DNA from: SAR324 cluster bacterium
GTDB lineage: Bacteria > SAR324 > NAC60-12
Assembly: GCA_015231885.1 (NCBI GenBank)
Contig: JADGAT010000005.1
Span: 38,381-102,380 of the forward strand
DNA: 64,000 nt
Direction of reading: 5' to 3'
The position numbers were made by a program, and so were the translations under genes. This document shows, piece by piece, positions 50,112-60,369 of this stretch (within the stretch, counting starts at the first letter, position 1; each line of letters begins with the position of its first letter). The notes beneath the pieces are model-generated. The model was given only the letters and a program-made list of their open reading frames with translations. It had not been told where the DNA came from and did no database searches.

Positions 50112-51266
50112 TTAATCCTGCTTGCCGCCGATGTAATCGTCAATCGGCCAGGGGGCAACGCCGCTGCGCTGTGTGCGCCACTCGGCAAAATCAACCTTGA
50201 ATTGCTCCTGAGAGTCGAGGGTTTTCTTGACGTCAGGATGTTTGGCTTTCAAGCCTTCCAGGTATTCCTTGGTCTTTTTGGCGAAGGCACTGCGGGTTTC
50301 TTTGTCCATCCGTACAAACTCAATCTTTTCCTTGAATTTGTTGATTGCCTGTACGTTCAGGTTCTCAATCCAGGCGGTCGACCAAAGCTGGGTTTCTTTG
50401 GCGGAAATATTGACAATCCACTTCAGGTCGTCCGGCAGTTCATTCCAGGCGTCCATGTTGAAGAACAGGCCGCACTGGATACCCGGCTGGTGCACACCAG
50501 GCTCGATGACATACTTGGTGATTTCATCAAAACCCATCGGGTAGTTGATGGCGGGGGAGGAAAATTCGGCGGCATCAATAACTCCACGTTCCAGGGCTAG
50601 GTAAACTTCACCGCCCGGAAGAGGGGAGACCGAAGCACCAAGTTCATTCATGATATCCATAAACCAGCCCGGAGTCCGCAGGCGCATGCCTTTGAAATCT
50701 TCCATTTTGCTGGCTTTTTTGTTGGAGAACAAGCCCATCTCCTGGCCACCCTGGCCACCGGGGAGAACGTACAGGTTGTATCGGCCGTAGAGTTCTTGCA
50801 TCTGCTCGAGACCACCACGCTCGTAAAGCCAGATGTTGTACCCTTCAGCATCGAGACCAAAAGGAACTGAGGCAAAGGAAACGAAGTTTTCATTTTTGCC
50901 TTTCCAGTAGCCGGGCCAATCATGACCAACCTGGGCGGAACCTTTGGAAACGGCATCAAAGGATTCCATAGCGCCAACCAGTTCGCCAGCCGAAAAGAGC
51001 TTAATGTCCAGGCGACCCCCCGAGGCGAGCTTTACGCTGTCAGCAAAATGCTGTGCCATATCGTAGAAGAGCAGCCCTTTACTCCAGGGCATGACCATTT
51101 TCCATCTGAATTTCTTGTCCGAGGTTTTGATGGTGCGCAGTTCTTTTTTAACTGCTTCGTGTCGTTGATCGGTTCCGAACTTCTCCCGCTTGGCAGCAAA
51201 GGTACTCGGAGCCAGTACCAAGGTGAGGATTAGAGACAGTCCGATGAACATTCTAAGCTTCTTCAT
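50112..51266 (-). CDS. dctP: TRAP substrate-binding protein DctP (TakP/lactate-type)
   Basis: Signal peptide, SGGRL.I, FDAVS.G, YW.GK, G.RLR.PG, GEVY.ALERG.IDAAEF. GGAGG RBS. Confidence 0.92.
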   Translation of the reverse strand: MKKLRMFIGLSLILTLVLAPSTFAAKREKFGTDQRHEAVKKELRTIKTSDKKFRWKMVMPWSKGLLFYDMAQHFADSVKLASGGRLDIKLFSAGELVGAMESFDAVSKGSAQVGHDWPGYWKGKNENFVSFASVPFGLDAEGYNIWLYERGGLEQMQELYGRYNLYVLPGGQGGQEMGLFSNKKASKMEDFKGMRLRTPGWFMDIMNELGASVSPLPGGEVYLALERGVIDAAEFSSPAINYPMGFDEITKYVIEPGVHQPGIQCGLFFNMDAWNELPDDLKWIVNISAKETQLWSTAWIENLNVQAINKFKEKIEFVRMDKETRSAFAKKTKEYLEGLKAKHPDVKKTLDSQEQFKVDFAEWRTQRSGVAPWPIDDYIGGKQD

Positions 51267-51318
51267 TCGTTCCTCCATTATAATGGGTTGACAAAACATA
51301 TTGGATGGGTTGTCCACC

Positions 51319-51370
51319 AAATGGTTAAACCAGCTAAGCTACTGCGAGCGTTAAATTGGTAAAACCAGTG
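51319..51370. promoter_or_regulatory. Two FadR-subfamily (LldR/PdhR-type) operator-like palindromes
   Basis: AAATGGTtaaACCAGCT (51319-51335) and AATTGGTaaaACCAGTG (51354-51370), against the consensus AATTGGTnnnACCAATT. Confidence 0.65.
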
Positions 51371-51378
51371 TGTTTGGA

Positions 51379-51407
51379 ACAGTAATTAAACTGTTTACGC
51401 ATGTCAA
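51379..51407 (-). promoter_or_regulatory. Sigma70-like promoter for dctPQM
   Basis: Reverse strand TTGACA-17 nt-TACTGT, just upstream of the operators. Confidence 0.6.
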
Positions 51408-51897
51408 GAAAAATAACCAGCGATTCAGAAAGACTTGCTCAGGCAGAATACTAGGCTTGAGTTCCAATGCTGAGAACACAGTCCTGCCTTTAGTTCCTTT
51501 GAACGGTCTAGGATTAAATATGTCAGAGGGGCCCCAGCCTTTGTTGGAGAAGCTAATTTTTTGCCTTATGAATTTGGGAAAACTTTTTTAACATTCGATG
51601 TGTCACTGGCAGACCAGGTAGGCAGTGAAAAGAGAAATTTCTATCAAATGATGATACGACCCGAAGATATCAGTTCCAACCTTCCAGTTCATCAGAAGCC
51701 AATGGTTATGATTCGATATATTGATTTCACCATTGCACTCTTTTTCCTAACATAACCGAATTTTCCTAAAACAAGCTGCCATTTTTCAATTTTGGGATAA
51801 AAATTGATTATAAAATGAAAATTGGTCAAAATTTTGCTTACAACCATTTAGAGACCACTGATGTCCCCAACTAACACTGAACAACTGTCTTAGAGCT

Positions 51898-52602
51898 ATG
51901 AGTATTCATCACAAAGAATGCGACAATTATTATCAAGTACTCAATGTACCAACGGATGCAACAACGGAAGAAATTAGGAAAGCATATAAAGAGGCTTCCG
52001 AAAAAATCCAGGCCAATGCTGAAGAATCTCATTCCTCATTTGCTAATGAAGAAAACGAGCAAATTTTACGCAATGTCACCAAGGCTTATATGGTGTTGGT
52101 GGATCCACCAAGCCGTGCCCAACACGATACAAATCTCAAGCAGCAACAGGCCTTTTCCCCACCACGAACTGATGACACACCAGGGAAAAAATTTTCCTCA
52201 ATTGAAACATCAAAAAACAAATCCGACCTTTTGGGAAACCATCTGGCTCAACGCTCAGAAATCCGCAATAAAATTTCCCAAAAAAATAAAATTTCTCTTG
52301 AAACAGTTAATGATTTTTTGACATCTGTCGAACACTACAATGGAAAAATTCTTCAAGAAATTCGCAAAATAAAATCCATTGAGTTGGAAGAAATAGCTCA
52401 GGAAACTTGTATCCGGCAAACATACCTGGTTGCCATCGAAAATGACGACTATTTGAAATTGCCTTCCGCCGCCGTTTATGTCAGAAGTTTTGTCAATAAT
52501 TACGCTCGCTGTCTTGACCTACCCGTAGAAAAAGTGACGGAGGATTACATCCAAAATTTTAAACAACACCAGCAACCCAAACAGTCTAAAGGAATTTTTT
52601 AA
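51898..52602 (+). CDS. J-like domain + RodZ-type HTH protein
   Basis: YYQVL.V...AT.EEIRKAY...AY.VL.DP..R, with no HPD. C-terminal L.EIR...I.LEEIA.ET.I...YL.AIE...YVRSF...YA..L.L. Confidence 0.8.
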   Translation: MSIHHKECDNYYQVLNVPTDATTEEIRKAYKEASEKIQANAEESHSSFANEENEQILRNVTKAYMVLVDPPSRAQHDTNLKQQQAFSPPRTDDTPGKKFSSIETSKNKSDLLGNHLAQRSEIRNKISQKNKISLETVNDFLTSVEHYNGKILQEIRKIKSIELEEIAQETCIRQTYLVAIENDDYLKLPSAAVYVRSFVNNYARCLDLPVEKVTEDYIQNFKQHQQPKQSKGIF

Positions 52603-52743
52603 GGAAGGCGAAAATTACGCAGGATTTTTATCGAGATTCGGGGCGTTTTATCGGGAACATAGTAAGCTATGTCAATGGTAAAACAACGCAGAAGATCGTT
52701 GAAAAGACAAGTAGATTTGCTAAGTCGTTTGAGGATTCCTTAA
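52599..52743 (-). repeat. ERIC/MITE-like element, copy 3 (reversed, small internal deletions)
   Basis: TTAAGGAAGGCGAAAAT...CAACGCAGAAGATCGTTGAAAAGACAAGTAGATTTGCTAAG...TTCCTTAA. Confidence 0.85.
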
Positions 52744-52780
52744 CATCTCATGTTTCCATCCATTACTTTCCAAAAAAATA

Positions 52781-54301
52781 TCAGGAGGATGTTCGTTGAG
52801 AATCTTTTCTGGTTGCTCCTAATTCTTGTTGAAATTGTCCTAAGAACGGAATGATCTGGCAGTTGACACATCCTTGATCAAAACTTTGGCAAAAATTATG
52901 ATGCATCTGAATCAATCCTTGCTCAATACGAAGGGTCCTGGGCTTCAATTCCGCAAGAGGAAACGGCAGAAGGCGCTTCTCCATAAAATGGGTACGGTAA
53001 TTGGAAGGTTCTGGCGGCAAAACAATAAACAGACGATACAACAGTTTTTCCAACTCCACCCATTTTTCCAAACGGGCATAGGTCAAAAAAAACGGAATAA
53101 TGGCATTAGCCCAAATAATGATCTGACGGTCCTTTCCAATCAATTGCGCACCGGCAGCGCGTGGAGACTTAGACAAGGAAAAGCAGGCCTGCCAGACTTC
53201 CCATTCTGGTGTGACAAATAAATTCTGTGTTTGCTTTAGGGCTGTCCTCTTCAATGTTTTCTCAGCAGCAACTTTCTCCAGTTCCATCAGCAATCGCAGC
53301 CATCGCTTTAACAATCCGTCCGCATTCAAATGATAAAGATGGTGAAACATGCCAACCAATCGACGTTCTGGAGAATTCTGCGGACGGTAATTTTTTGAAA
53401 ACTTTTCAGAAACACGGCAGGGATTAGGAACTTGCTTCCATTCTTCGAGCCATTGATGGTACTCTTTGCGCAGGCTAGGATGTTTCAGGGCAGGAATATT
53501 GTCTGACAAGAGTCCACACGCACCAAACCACCTGGCAAGAATTGCTGTTCGAGCAACACGATAAGGTTGCTGTAATAAAGGATACAGAGCCGAGAGCGGA
53601 TACAACTGAGCTATTTCTTCAAAGGCATGGTGGTAGGCGCTATAACCCAATGTCTTAAAAATCAACTGAAATAGCAACTGTTCGGGGTCTTGCGTTTCCC
53701 ATTGTTCGCGGATTCTCTCCGTTTTTTGTTCCATCCGGTTTTCTGCAGCATGTCCCAGCAGCTTCTTTAAAGGTGCGGCTCCCCATTTAGCAATCAAAAG
53801 ACCACACTGTCCCGGAAGACGATCATAGTCGCTGAGTAACTCTGATTCTTCCCCTAAAAGAGCCAGCATGTTCTCATCCAACAAAGGACGTAATTCAATT
53901 TCTGGAACGGACATCCCATCTTCCCGAATGGTAGTCCTCGAGGCACTGCCATCCAGCACCACATGCAACACCACTGCGTTATACACAGGATTGAGATGAT
54001 GCTGGTGGGAGTACCAGGAAGACGATTGGAGATGAATTTCCACAGCACCGTGGTATTCGCAATCCCCCACCATGATATGAGCATCAATAAAATCCGGCCC
54101 AGTCCCTTTGTTGAGCCATCCTGGAAACAGGATTTCGATTTTCTCTCCATCGGTGCATTGTAAAATCTGCGAGGGGAGTACCTGATGCGACCAAATCGCT
54201 TGAACCCAACTTTCCCGTTGCTGCATGATTTTATGAATATGGGTTGATTTGGTCATAGCAACATCCCTCACAGGCATTGATAGAGTTTCATTTCCTATCA
54301 A
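52781..54301 (-). CDS. DUF2851 family protein
   Basis: PG.LN...GPDF.DA, G.VEIH...S.W..H.H...P.Y..VVLHVV, RPQN.P.RR, GLIQ.H..FC...C..C. Start uncertain. Confidence 0.8.
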   Translation of the reverse strand: MIGNETLSMPVRDVAMTKSTHIHKIMQQRESWVQAIWSHQVLPSQILQCTDGEKIEILFPGWLNKGTGPDFIDAHIMVGDCEYHGAVEIHLQSSSWYSHQHHLNPVYNAVVLHVVLDGSASRTTIREDGMSVPEIELRPLLDENMLALLGEESELLSDYDRLPGQCGLLIAKWGAAPLKKLLGHAAENRMEQKTERIREQWETQDPEQLLFQLIFKTLGYSAYHHAFEEIAQLYPLSALYPLLQQPYRVARTAILARWFGACGLLSDNIPALKHPSLRKEYHQWLEEWKQVPNPCRVSEKFSKNYRPQNSPERRLVGMFHHLYHLNADGLLKRWLRLLMELEKVAAEKTLKRTALKQTQNLFVTPEWEVWQACFSLSKSPRAAGAQLIGKDRQIIIWANAIIPFFLTYARLEKWVELEKLLYRLFIVLPPEPSNYRTHFMEKRLLPFPLAELKPRTLRIEQGLIQMHHNFCQSFDQGCVNCQIIPFLGQFQQELGATRKDSQRTSS

Positions 54302-54375
54302 AATTTACCAAGTAACATTAATGTGACTGGGGCTACCCACTATAGTAACCAGTGGTGCTAGTTTGAAAAATTGAC

Positions 54376-54537
54376 TAAGGAATGCTCAAACAATAACTTA
54401 GCAAATCTACTTGTCTTTTCAACGATCTTCTGCTTTGCTTTACCAGTGACATAGCAAGCTATGCGCCCGATAAAACGCCTTGAACTTCGATGAAAATCCT
54501 GCGTAACTTTCACATGTTATTATTTTCGCCTTCCTAA
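54376..54537 (+). repeat. ~160-bp ERIC/MITE-like element, copy 4
   Basis: TAAGGAATGCTCAAAC...TTCCTAA. Confidence 0.9.
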
Positions 54538-54607
54538 ATCATGCGATTTTTCCATATAAAGAAAGGTAACAATACCTCTATTGATAACCTTTTTTGGAGA
54601 AAATCGC

Positions 54608-54810
54608 ATGAACACAGAATTATTTATCATAGAATTATTTGATCTTGTAGGCAATAGTATGAAAGGTGTAAAAAAACATAGCCAATCGTCTCTTTATCCA
54701 AGTGAAATTACGACATTAGCACTATTGTGCCCCATCAAAGGAGTCGGTGGGAGAGCTTTTTATCGTTGGTTAAAACGTGACTGGTTATAATTGTTTCCTC
54801 GTTTTCCTTT
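54608..54810 (+). pseudogene. Truncated transposase N-terminus (IS982-like)
   Basis: MNTELFIIELF...KKHSQSSLYPSEITTLALL..IKGVG.RAFYRWL.RDWL*LFPR.P: premature TAA, then decay. Confidence 0.6.
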
Positions 54811-54916
54811 TTCAATTTTTTGTAAGCGAAAAGAGAATTTTACCTTACAATAGACTCCAGTTAAAGTGCCATACTTTGTCGTACAGTACCGGTAAACGCA
54901 TCATCAGCTTTCAGAA

Positions 54917-56617
54917 TCAGGGTTTTCCATGGTTGGGTTCGATCTGTTCGAGACTCCTGGAATAATCCTGGTAGACCGGATCGTTTGGTTCATGGCACTC
55001 CAGGCAGTCTCCCACACGCCGGATACGTCGTATTTCCTGTCGGTTGAAACTGCGTGCTCCAGGCTGGAGGGCCTTGCCAGGCTGCATTGCGTCTTTTTCG
55101 ATCCAACCGACTGGCGTTTTCCAGGCAGGGTTTTTAGGGGCACTCACCCACTCTGTGATGAGACCAAGGGCCAAATCGCTTTGGTGACAGCTTTTACAGC
55201 TTCTTCCTTTTTGGGTAATAGTGTGTGGTGATGTCTGGGCATAGACTTCGTGTTTGATCGGGGCTGCTTCTTTATCCTTTTCTAAAATCAAGTTCATTCC
55301 TGGCACAAATGGAGTGATTTTGTTGCTGGCAGTAACCCCCAAGGCCGGCAATCCGCTTTTAACATGCCAGCGGGTTTCCAGCCATTTTCCTTTTGTTTTT
55401 TTGCGCAGCAGATGATCCCATTGCGTTTTTTCAGGATCATGGGAGATGTGGCAGCCATAACATTGAGGGGCCCAGCCCGAATGGCAGCTTTCGCAGCTGA
55501 GACGGTCATGACCTTCTTGTGCATGGTGCTCCCCTGCACGCATCATGGGAATTTCGAGTTTTTGCCGGGAAAGCTTCTTTTGCAGCCAGTACCTGCCTCC
55601 TTTTTCCTGAATATGGAACAAAGGAGACTGCAGTTTTTCTGTCGCAACCACCTCTCCTGCTGCAGAAACGTGGTACTGTCCTGGATAAAGGGAGGCATAA
55701 ATAGCTTCTCTTTTTGTCAACGTGGCAACGGCTTTCTTGTGCAAAGGTAGTCTGTGGCAATCAGTGCATTGAACATCCAGCTGTTCCCTCATCCAGGCTG
55801 CCCGTTTTCCTGTCCCCATCAAACCATTGGCAGTATGACAGTCAATACAAGCCATCCCTGCCTTACTGTGAATGTCGGGAGGTTTCCTTTCCACTAAACG
55901 CTTATCTGGCAGATAACCAAAATCCTCAATTCGGGCAATGTCGAGCTGTTCGGATTCTGCTAATCCAACATAGTTTAAGGAAATGCGGCCAGATCGACTG
56001 TGGCACCCAAAACAGCGATCATTGTGGATACGAACACTCAGCTGCGGATGGATTTTTTTGATTTGACCTGCTGATGTTTTGGCAGGGTACGTGATCAGAT
56101 GACAGGCAACACAACCGCCACCCCGATCACGCAGAGATTGCTGATGATGCTGACGTTCTGATCCCAGGTGACAGGAAACGCAAAGTTTTCTCAGGTAAGA
56201 ATCAGCTCCTTCTTCAGAAAGACGCTGATGCAGAGAAGTGTTTTTTTCCTGATGAGCTTTCTGACTTTCTCCAAATATGTTCCTGGTGCCAGAGATCATA
56301 CCATCCAGTGTATGCATGATTGAGTTTTCGACCAGGGGGACCAGTGTTTCGTGACAATTGCTTTGCCCACAGGATTTGGCTGAAGTTTTCATATTGCCAG
56401 GAAATGCTTCCATGCCCTGATGTGCCGTTTTTTCATGAGAGCTGTCAGGGTTTCCCTGGTGGCAGATGACACAACCAGTCTGCCGGGGATCATGAAAAGG
56501 GGAAAAACGCGGTTCTTCCTGGTGACACTGCATACATTTTTCGACAGCATGGGTCTGCAGCGACAACCAAACCGTTAACATGAATACGGCTCCAATGCGC
56601 CGCAATATTTTTTGCAT
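54917..56617 (-). CDS. Multiheme cytochrome c (11 CxxCH + 1 CX4CH)
   Basis: CMQCH, CVICH, CGQSNCH, CVSCH, CVACH, CFGCH, CIDCH, CTDCH, CESCH, CYGCH, CKSCH, CLECH. Sec-pathway signal peptide from MQKILRR. Confidence 0.92.
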   Translation of the reverse strand: MQKILRRIGAVFMLTVWLSLQTHAVEKCMQCHQEEPRFSPFHDPRQTGCVICHQGNPDSSHEKTAHQGMEAFPGNMKTSAKSCGQSNCHETLVPLVENSIMHTLDGMISGTRNIFGESQKAHQEKNTSLHQRLSEEGADSYLRKLCVSCHLGSERQHHQQSLRDRGGGCVACHLITYPAKTSAGQIKKIHPQLSVRIHNDRCFGCHSRSGRISLNYVGLAESEQLDIARIEDFGYLPDKRLVERKPPDIHSKAGMACIDCHTANGLMGTGKRAAWMREQLDVQCTDCHRLPLHKKAVATLTKREAIYASLYPGQYHVSAAGEVVATEKLQSPLFHIQEKGGRYWLQKKLSRQKLEIPMMRAGEHHAQEGHDRLSCESCHSGWAPQCYGCHISHDPEKTQWDHLLRKKTKGKWLETRWHVKSGLPALGVTASNKITPFVPGMNLILEKDKEAAPIKHEVYAQTSPHTITQKGRSCKSCHQSDLALGLITEWVSAPKNPAWKTPVGWIEKDAMQPGKALQPGARSFNRQEIRRIRRVGDCLECHEPNDPVYQDYSRSLEQIEPNHGKP

Positions 56618-56954
56618 AATCTTACCGCTTTTAAAATCATGGATTGGTTCTAGATTGTATCTGATCTTGCTGAGACGTACCACATCAATCTGAAAACTTG
56701 CAGACCAATCGCAAGTTTAAGTTCTTTTTGGTCATACTGTTAAATTTACGGGGTTTTCCTCTCATCGGCCTAAGTATATTCAAAAAATCATATAAGTAAC
56801 GTAGGACAACGAGTCTTTTTTCCATCCAAGCAGGCAAAAACAAGGGAAAATCGCCCCTCTCTTTGCGCACAACTGGGGCTTCTGCTGGTGTTGAAGATTG
56901 TGTCCCCGCGGATATCATTCATAAAACAAAGGCCAATGGTGTGGCCATGGGAGT

Positions 56955-57086
56955 GCCCAGGAAATGATGACCGAAGTCAAAGGTAAAAAAATTCTAAATG
57001 GAGTGCGTGGTGAAGCGCCTGCTGATTTAGAGGCAATCCAGGAATGCATTGAACGCCTTTCTCAGTTGGTTAAGGAGGATCTCTGA
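56955..57086 (+). pseudogene. Fragment of the ATP-grasp domain of an ADP-forming acetate/acyl-CoA ligase
   Basis: AQEMMTEVKGKKILNGVRGEAPADLEAIQECIERLSQLV. Confidence 0.6.
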
Positions 57087-57585
57087 TAATTCTTTCCAAA
57101 ATACTCGTAGATTTACCAGGGTACCTCTTCCTCATCTGCTCGTTTTTTTCATAAAATTTTAAAAAAACACGTAAATCTACGAGTAGACACAATAGACATG
57201 GATGTCTATAGTGAAAGAAGTTTATTCTCCATTTTAAACTATTTCTTCCACACGACAGTAACGCTTGTGCGTGGTCCAATCGAAGCATGATCGGACTGAT
57301 TGTCGTGAAACTATAATATCCAGAGTGGTTTTTCTGAATCCCCCTGATTCCCTTTGATAAAAAGGGAAATTTTCCAAGAAAAATTACTCTGGATATGCAG
57401 TATCTTTTTTATTTATCGAATTAAATATTTAGTTATAAATATATTTAAATTAAAAAATTTACTTTTTTTTCCTCAATGGCAGTACTCTTGGAAGGCTGTG
57501 CATGCAAACACCATCCACTTCCAAGAGCTGCTGTCATTAGCTGCGGAAATAGAAACATCAAGAAGCATTCATCAGAGGATCAACG

Positions 57586-59799
57586 ATGGCACAGGTGAAC
57601 CGACGAAAATTTTTGAAAATTTCTTCAGCATTTTTGGCTTCTTCAGCAGCTGGCCTGGGATGGCCTCTAATCACAAAAACTTCAAAAGCCCAAGGAATCG
57701 CTGAGCCAGACAGAATTGTTTCTACCACCTGCGAGATATGTTTTTGGCGTTGTGGAGTGGATGCTTATGTCCGTGATGAAAAAGTTTACAAACTGGCTGG
57801 ACACAAGGATCACCCATTGAGTAATGGAAAATTGTGTCCTCGTGGAAATGGCGGCCAGGGGCTTCTTTACGATCCAAATCGACTGAAACACCCTTTGATT
57901 CGGGAAACGGTCAATGGTAAGGAACAATTTCGCAAAGCAAGTTGGGATGAAGCAACCAGTTTGATAGCAGAGCGCTTTGGGAAAATAACGAAACAGTATG
58001 GGACAGAATCCGTGGTGATGTTTTCTCACGGGTTTGGCGCCTCGTTTTTTAAAACCCTGTTTTCGGCTTATGGGATTCACACCTTTTCTGCCCCTTCTTA
58101 TGCACAATGCCGGGGTCCAAGGAGCGAAGCTTTCAAATTAACATTTGGGCATGCCATTGGCAGCCCGGAAGGATTGGATATTGCCAATAGCAGATACTTG
58201 GTTTTGCTCGGATCACACCTTGGCGAAAACATGCACAACACTGCTGTTCAGGATTTTTCTTCAGCCATATCAAAAGGCTGCGAGGTCGTAGTAGTCGATC
58301 CTCGTTTTTCAGTTGCAGCCGGCAAGGCAAAACATTGGTTGCCCATCAAGCCGGGAACCGATTTAGCTCTGCTGCGAGGGTGGATCCATATATTGCTTAA
58401 AGAAAAAAGATACGATATCGAGTTTATTGAACAGAACGCCGTAGGGCTGGAAGAGCTATGGCAAGGAGTAAAGTACGCGACTCCTGAGCAGACGTACGCC
58501 ATTACAGGGATTCCGGTAGAGCAAATCGTACAGGTAGCCAGAGACCTGGGGCGTTATGGTTCCAGTGCCCTGGTTCATCCGGGCAGGCATGTGACCTGGT
58601 ATGGAGACGATACTCAGAGAGAACGGGCTATTGCGATTCTCAATGCACTGATCGGTAATTACCGGATGCCTGGCGGAATCATCAGGCAGGAAAAATTCAC
58701 TCCCATCAAAGCTACTTTGAACCAGGAAAAGTTCAAGCCTTACAAAGCCGATTTTCCGGTAACCCAAAATGCGTCACACACCTTCCAGTCCAGGTACCCA
58801 TTTGCCAGTCAAGTCCCAGCCAATGAAATAGTAGACCAGACTATTTCAGGAAGCCCCTATCCTGTCAAATCCTGGTTTGTCTATGGAACCAACCTGATAC
58901 AGTCTTTAGGCAATCAGCCTGCTACTCTAAAAGCATTGCAACAGCTTGATTTTGTAGTAGCCGTGGATGTCCTGCCGGCTGAAATCACGGGGTATGCAGA
59001 TGTGATTTTGCCTGAATGTACGTACCTGGAACGCTATGATGATCTCGACAACAGAACCTATCGCACTCCCTATGTTGCCATTCGACAACCAGTGGTGGAA
59101 CCGCTCTATGAGTCCAAGCCGGGTCATGAAATCGCAAGGCTGCTCTCCGAAAAAATGGGCATGCCTGACTTATTCAAAGACGATATAGAGACTTACCTGA
59201 ATAAGCAATTGAAGCAGATGGACAGTTCCCTGGACGAGTTAAAAAAAGTGGGAGTGCTGAAAGTCTCAGAAAAGAACTTGTACCGCCAGCCAGGGGAAGC
59301 CCTGCAGTTCAAAACCCCCTCAGGAAAAATAGAACTGGCCTCCAGTCGGCTGCGTGAAGCAGGATTTGATGCAGTCCCCCAATACCAGCCCCCTCCTGAA
59401 AACCCACCCGGGTATTTTCGGTTGCTGTATGGACGAGCCCCCATGCACACTTTTGGGCGCACGGCCAACAATCGGGTGCTGGGAGAATTGATGCCGGAAA
59501 ATGAACTGTGGGTCAACCAAGTGGCAGGACGTGATATGAAACTCAAACATGGAGAATATGTGTACCTGGTCAACCAGGATGGGGTCAAGAGTACAACCAA
59601 AATCAAGATTCGACTGACTGAGCGCATTCGTCCCGATGCTGTTTACATGGTTCATGGATTTGGACACACCGATGCCCGGCTCGAGTTTGCCTATCAGCGA
59701 GGTGTGAATTCCTCTGATATGATCACGCAGCTCAGTACGGACCCCATCATGGGGGCAACCGGCATGAACAATAATTTTGTCACTTTTACCAGAAGTTGA
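57586..59799 (+). CDS. psrA: Polysulfide/thiosulfate reductase-type molybdopterin catalytic subunit (PsrA/PhsA)
   Basis: Tat signal NRRKFLK; CEICFWRC...LCPRG Fe-S motif; putative Mo-ligand Cys in SYAQCRGPR; GENMHN; ADVILPE.TYLERYD. Confidence 0.88.
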   Translation: MAQVNRRKFLKISSAFLASSAAGLGWPLITKTSKAQGIAEPDRIVSTTCEICFWRCGVDAYVRDEKVYKLAGHKDHPLSNGKLCPRGNGGQGLLYDPNRLKHPLIRETVNGKEQFRKASWDEATSLIAERFGKITKQYGTESVVMFSHGFGASFFKTLFSAYGIHTFSAPSYAQCRGPRSEAFKLTFGHAIGSPEGLDIANSRYLVLLGSHLGENMHNTAVQDFSSAISKGCEVVVVDPRFSVAAGKAKHWLPIKPGTDLALLRGWIHILLKEKRYDIEFIEQNAVGLEELWQGVKYATPEQTYAITGIPVEQIVQVARDLGRYGSSALVHPGRHVTWYGDDTQRERAIAILNALIGNYRMPGGIIRQEKFTPIKATLNQEKFKPYKADFPVTQNASHTFQSRYPFASQVPANEIVDQTISGSPYPVKSWFVYGTNLIQSLGNQPATLKALQQLDFVVAVDVLPAEITGYADVILPECTYLERYDDLDNRTYRTPYVAIRQPVVEPLYESKPGHEIARLLSEKMGMPDLFKDDIETYLNKQLKQMDSSLDELKKVGVLKVSEKNLYRQPGEALQFKTPSGKIELASSRLREAGFDAVPQYQPPPENPPGYFRLLYGRAPMHTFGRTANNRVLGELMPENELWVNQVAGRDMKLKHGEYVYLVNQDGVKSTTKIKIRLTERIRPDAVYMVHGFGHTDARLEFAYQRGVNSSDMITQLSTDPIMGATGMNNNFVTFTRS

Positions 59800-59810
59800 A
59801 AAGAGGGGCT

Positions 59811-60356
59811 ATGTCAAGAAAAAGAAATTATGCCATGGTGATCGATACTCATGTCTGTGTGGGATGCTCAGCCTGTGTGTATGCCTGTAAGGCAGAAAAT
59901 GAGGTCCCCGAAGGATTTTGCAGAGACTGGATAGAACAAAAAGTTGAAGGCCATTTTCCAAAGTTGACCATGGAAATCCGATCCAATCGCTGCCAACACT
60001 GTGAGGAGGCCCCCTGTGTGACTTACTGCCCAACAGGCTCGTCCCACTATGCAGGAGACGGGACGGTGCAAATTGACCGAAACTGGTGTACAGGCTGCAA
60101 AGCCTGTCTGGCAGCCTGTCCCTACGATGCCCGTTATGTTCACCCTGAAGGCTTTGTTGACAAATGCTCTTTTTGCCAGCACCGTTTGAAACAGGGATTA
60201 CAGCCTGCCTGCGTGACCACGTGCCCAACCAGCGCATTGAAATTAGTCGATTTGAACAGCAATGATGGTTTGTACAGACAGTTAATCGAAGGGCGCACAG
60301 TAACACAAGATAAGGTTCCGGCCGGAACACAACCCAAGTTGTTTTGGCTTCATTAA
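59811..60356 (+). CDS. psrB: 4Fe-4S electron-transfer subunit (PsrB/NrfC)
   Basis: [43 protein letters not shown]...PACVTTCP. Confidence 0.9.
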   Translation: MSRKRNYAMVIDTHVCVGCSACVYACKAENEVPEGFCRDWIEQKVEGHFPKLTMEIRSNRCQHCEEAPCVTYCPTGSSHYAGDGTVQIDRNWCTGCKACLAACPYDARYVHPEGFVDKCSFCQHRLKQGLQPACVTTCPTSALKLVDLNSNDGLYRQLIEGRTVTQDKVPAGTQPKLFWLH

Positions 60357-60369
60357 AAGGAGAACACCC

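Noticed and set aside
49998-50600. 200-aa antisense ORF (likewise 59809..60417 and 60426..61019)
   Set aside because: These are shadow ORFs over well-supported genes and have no motifs.
4436-54537. CRISPR array or tRNA/rRNA genes
   Set aside because: The repeats are dispersed and ~160 bp long with no spacers. No cas, tRNA (including selC) or rRNA sequence was recognised.
57477-57492. Sigma54 promoter upstream of psrA (TGGCAG-TACTC-TTGGA)
   Set aside because: The -12 element reads GG rather than GC, so support is insufficient.
57586-59799. Selenocysteine in the molybdoenzyme
   Set aside because: The ORF is uninterrupted and the putative Mo ligand is a Cys (TGC).
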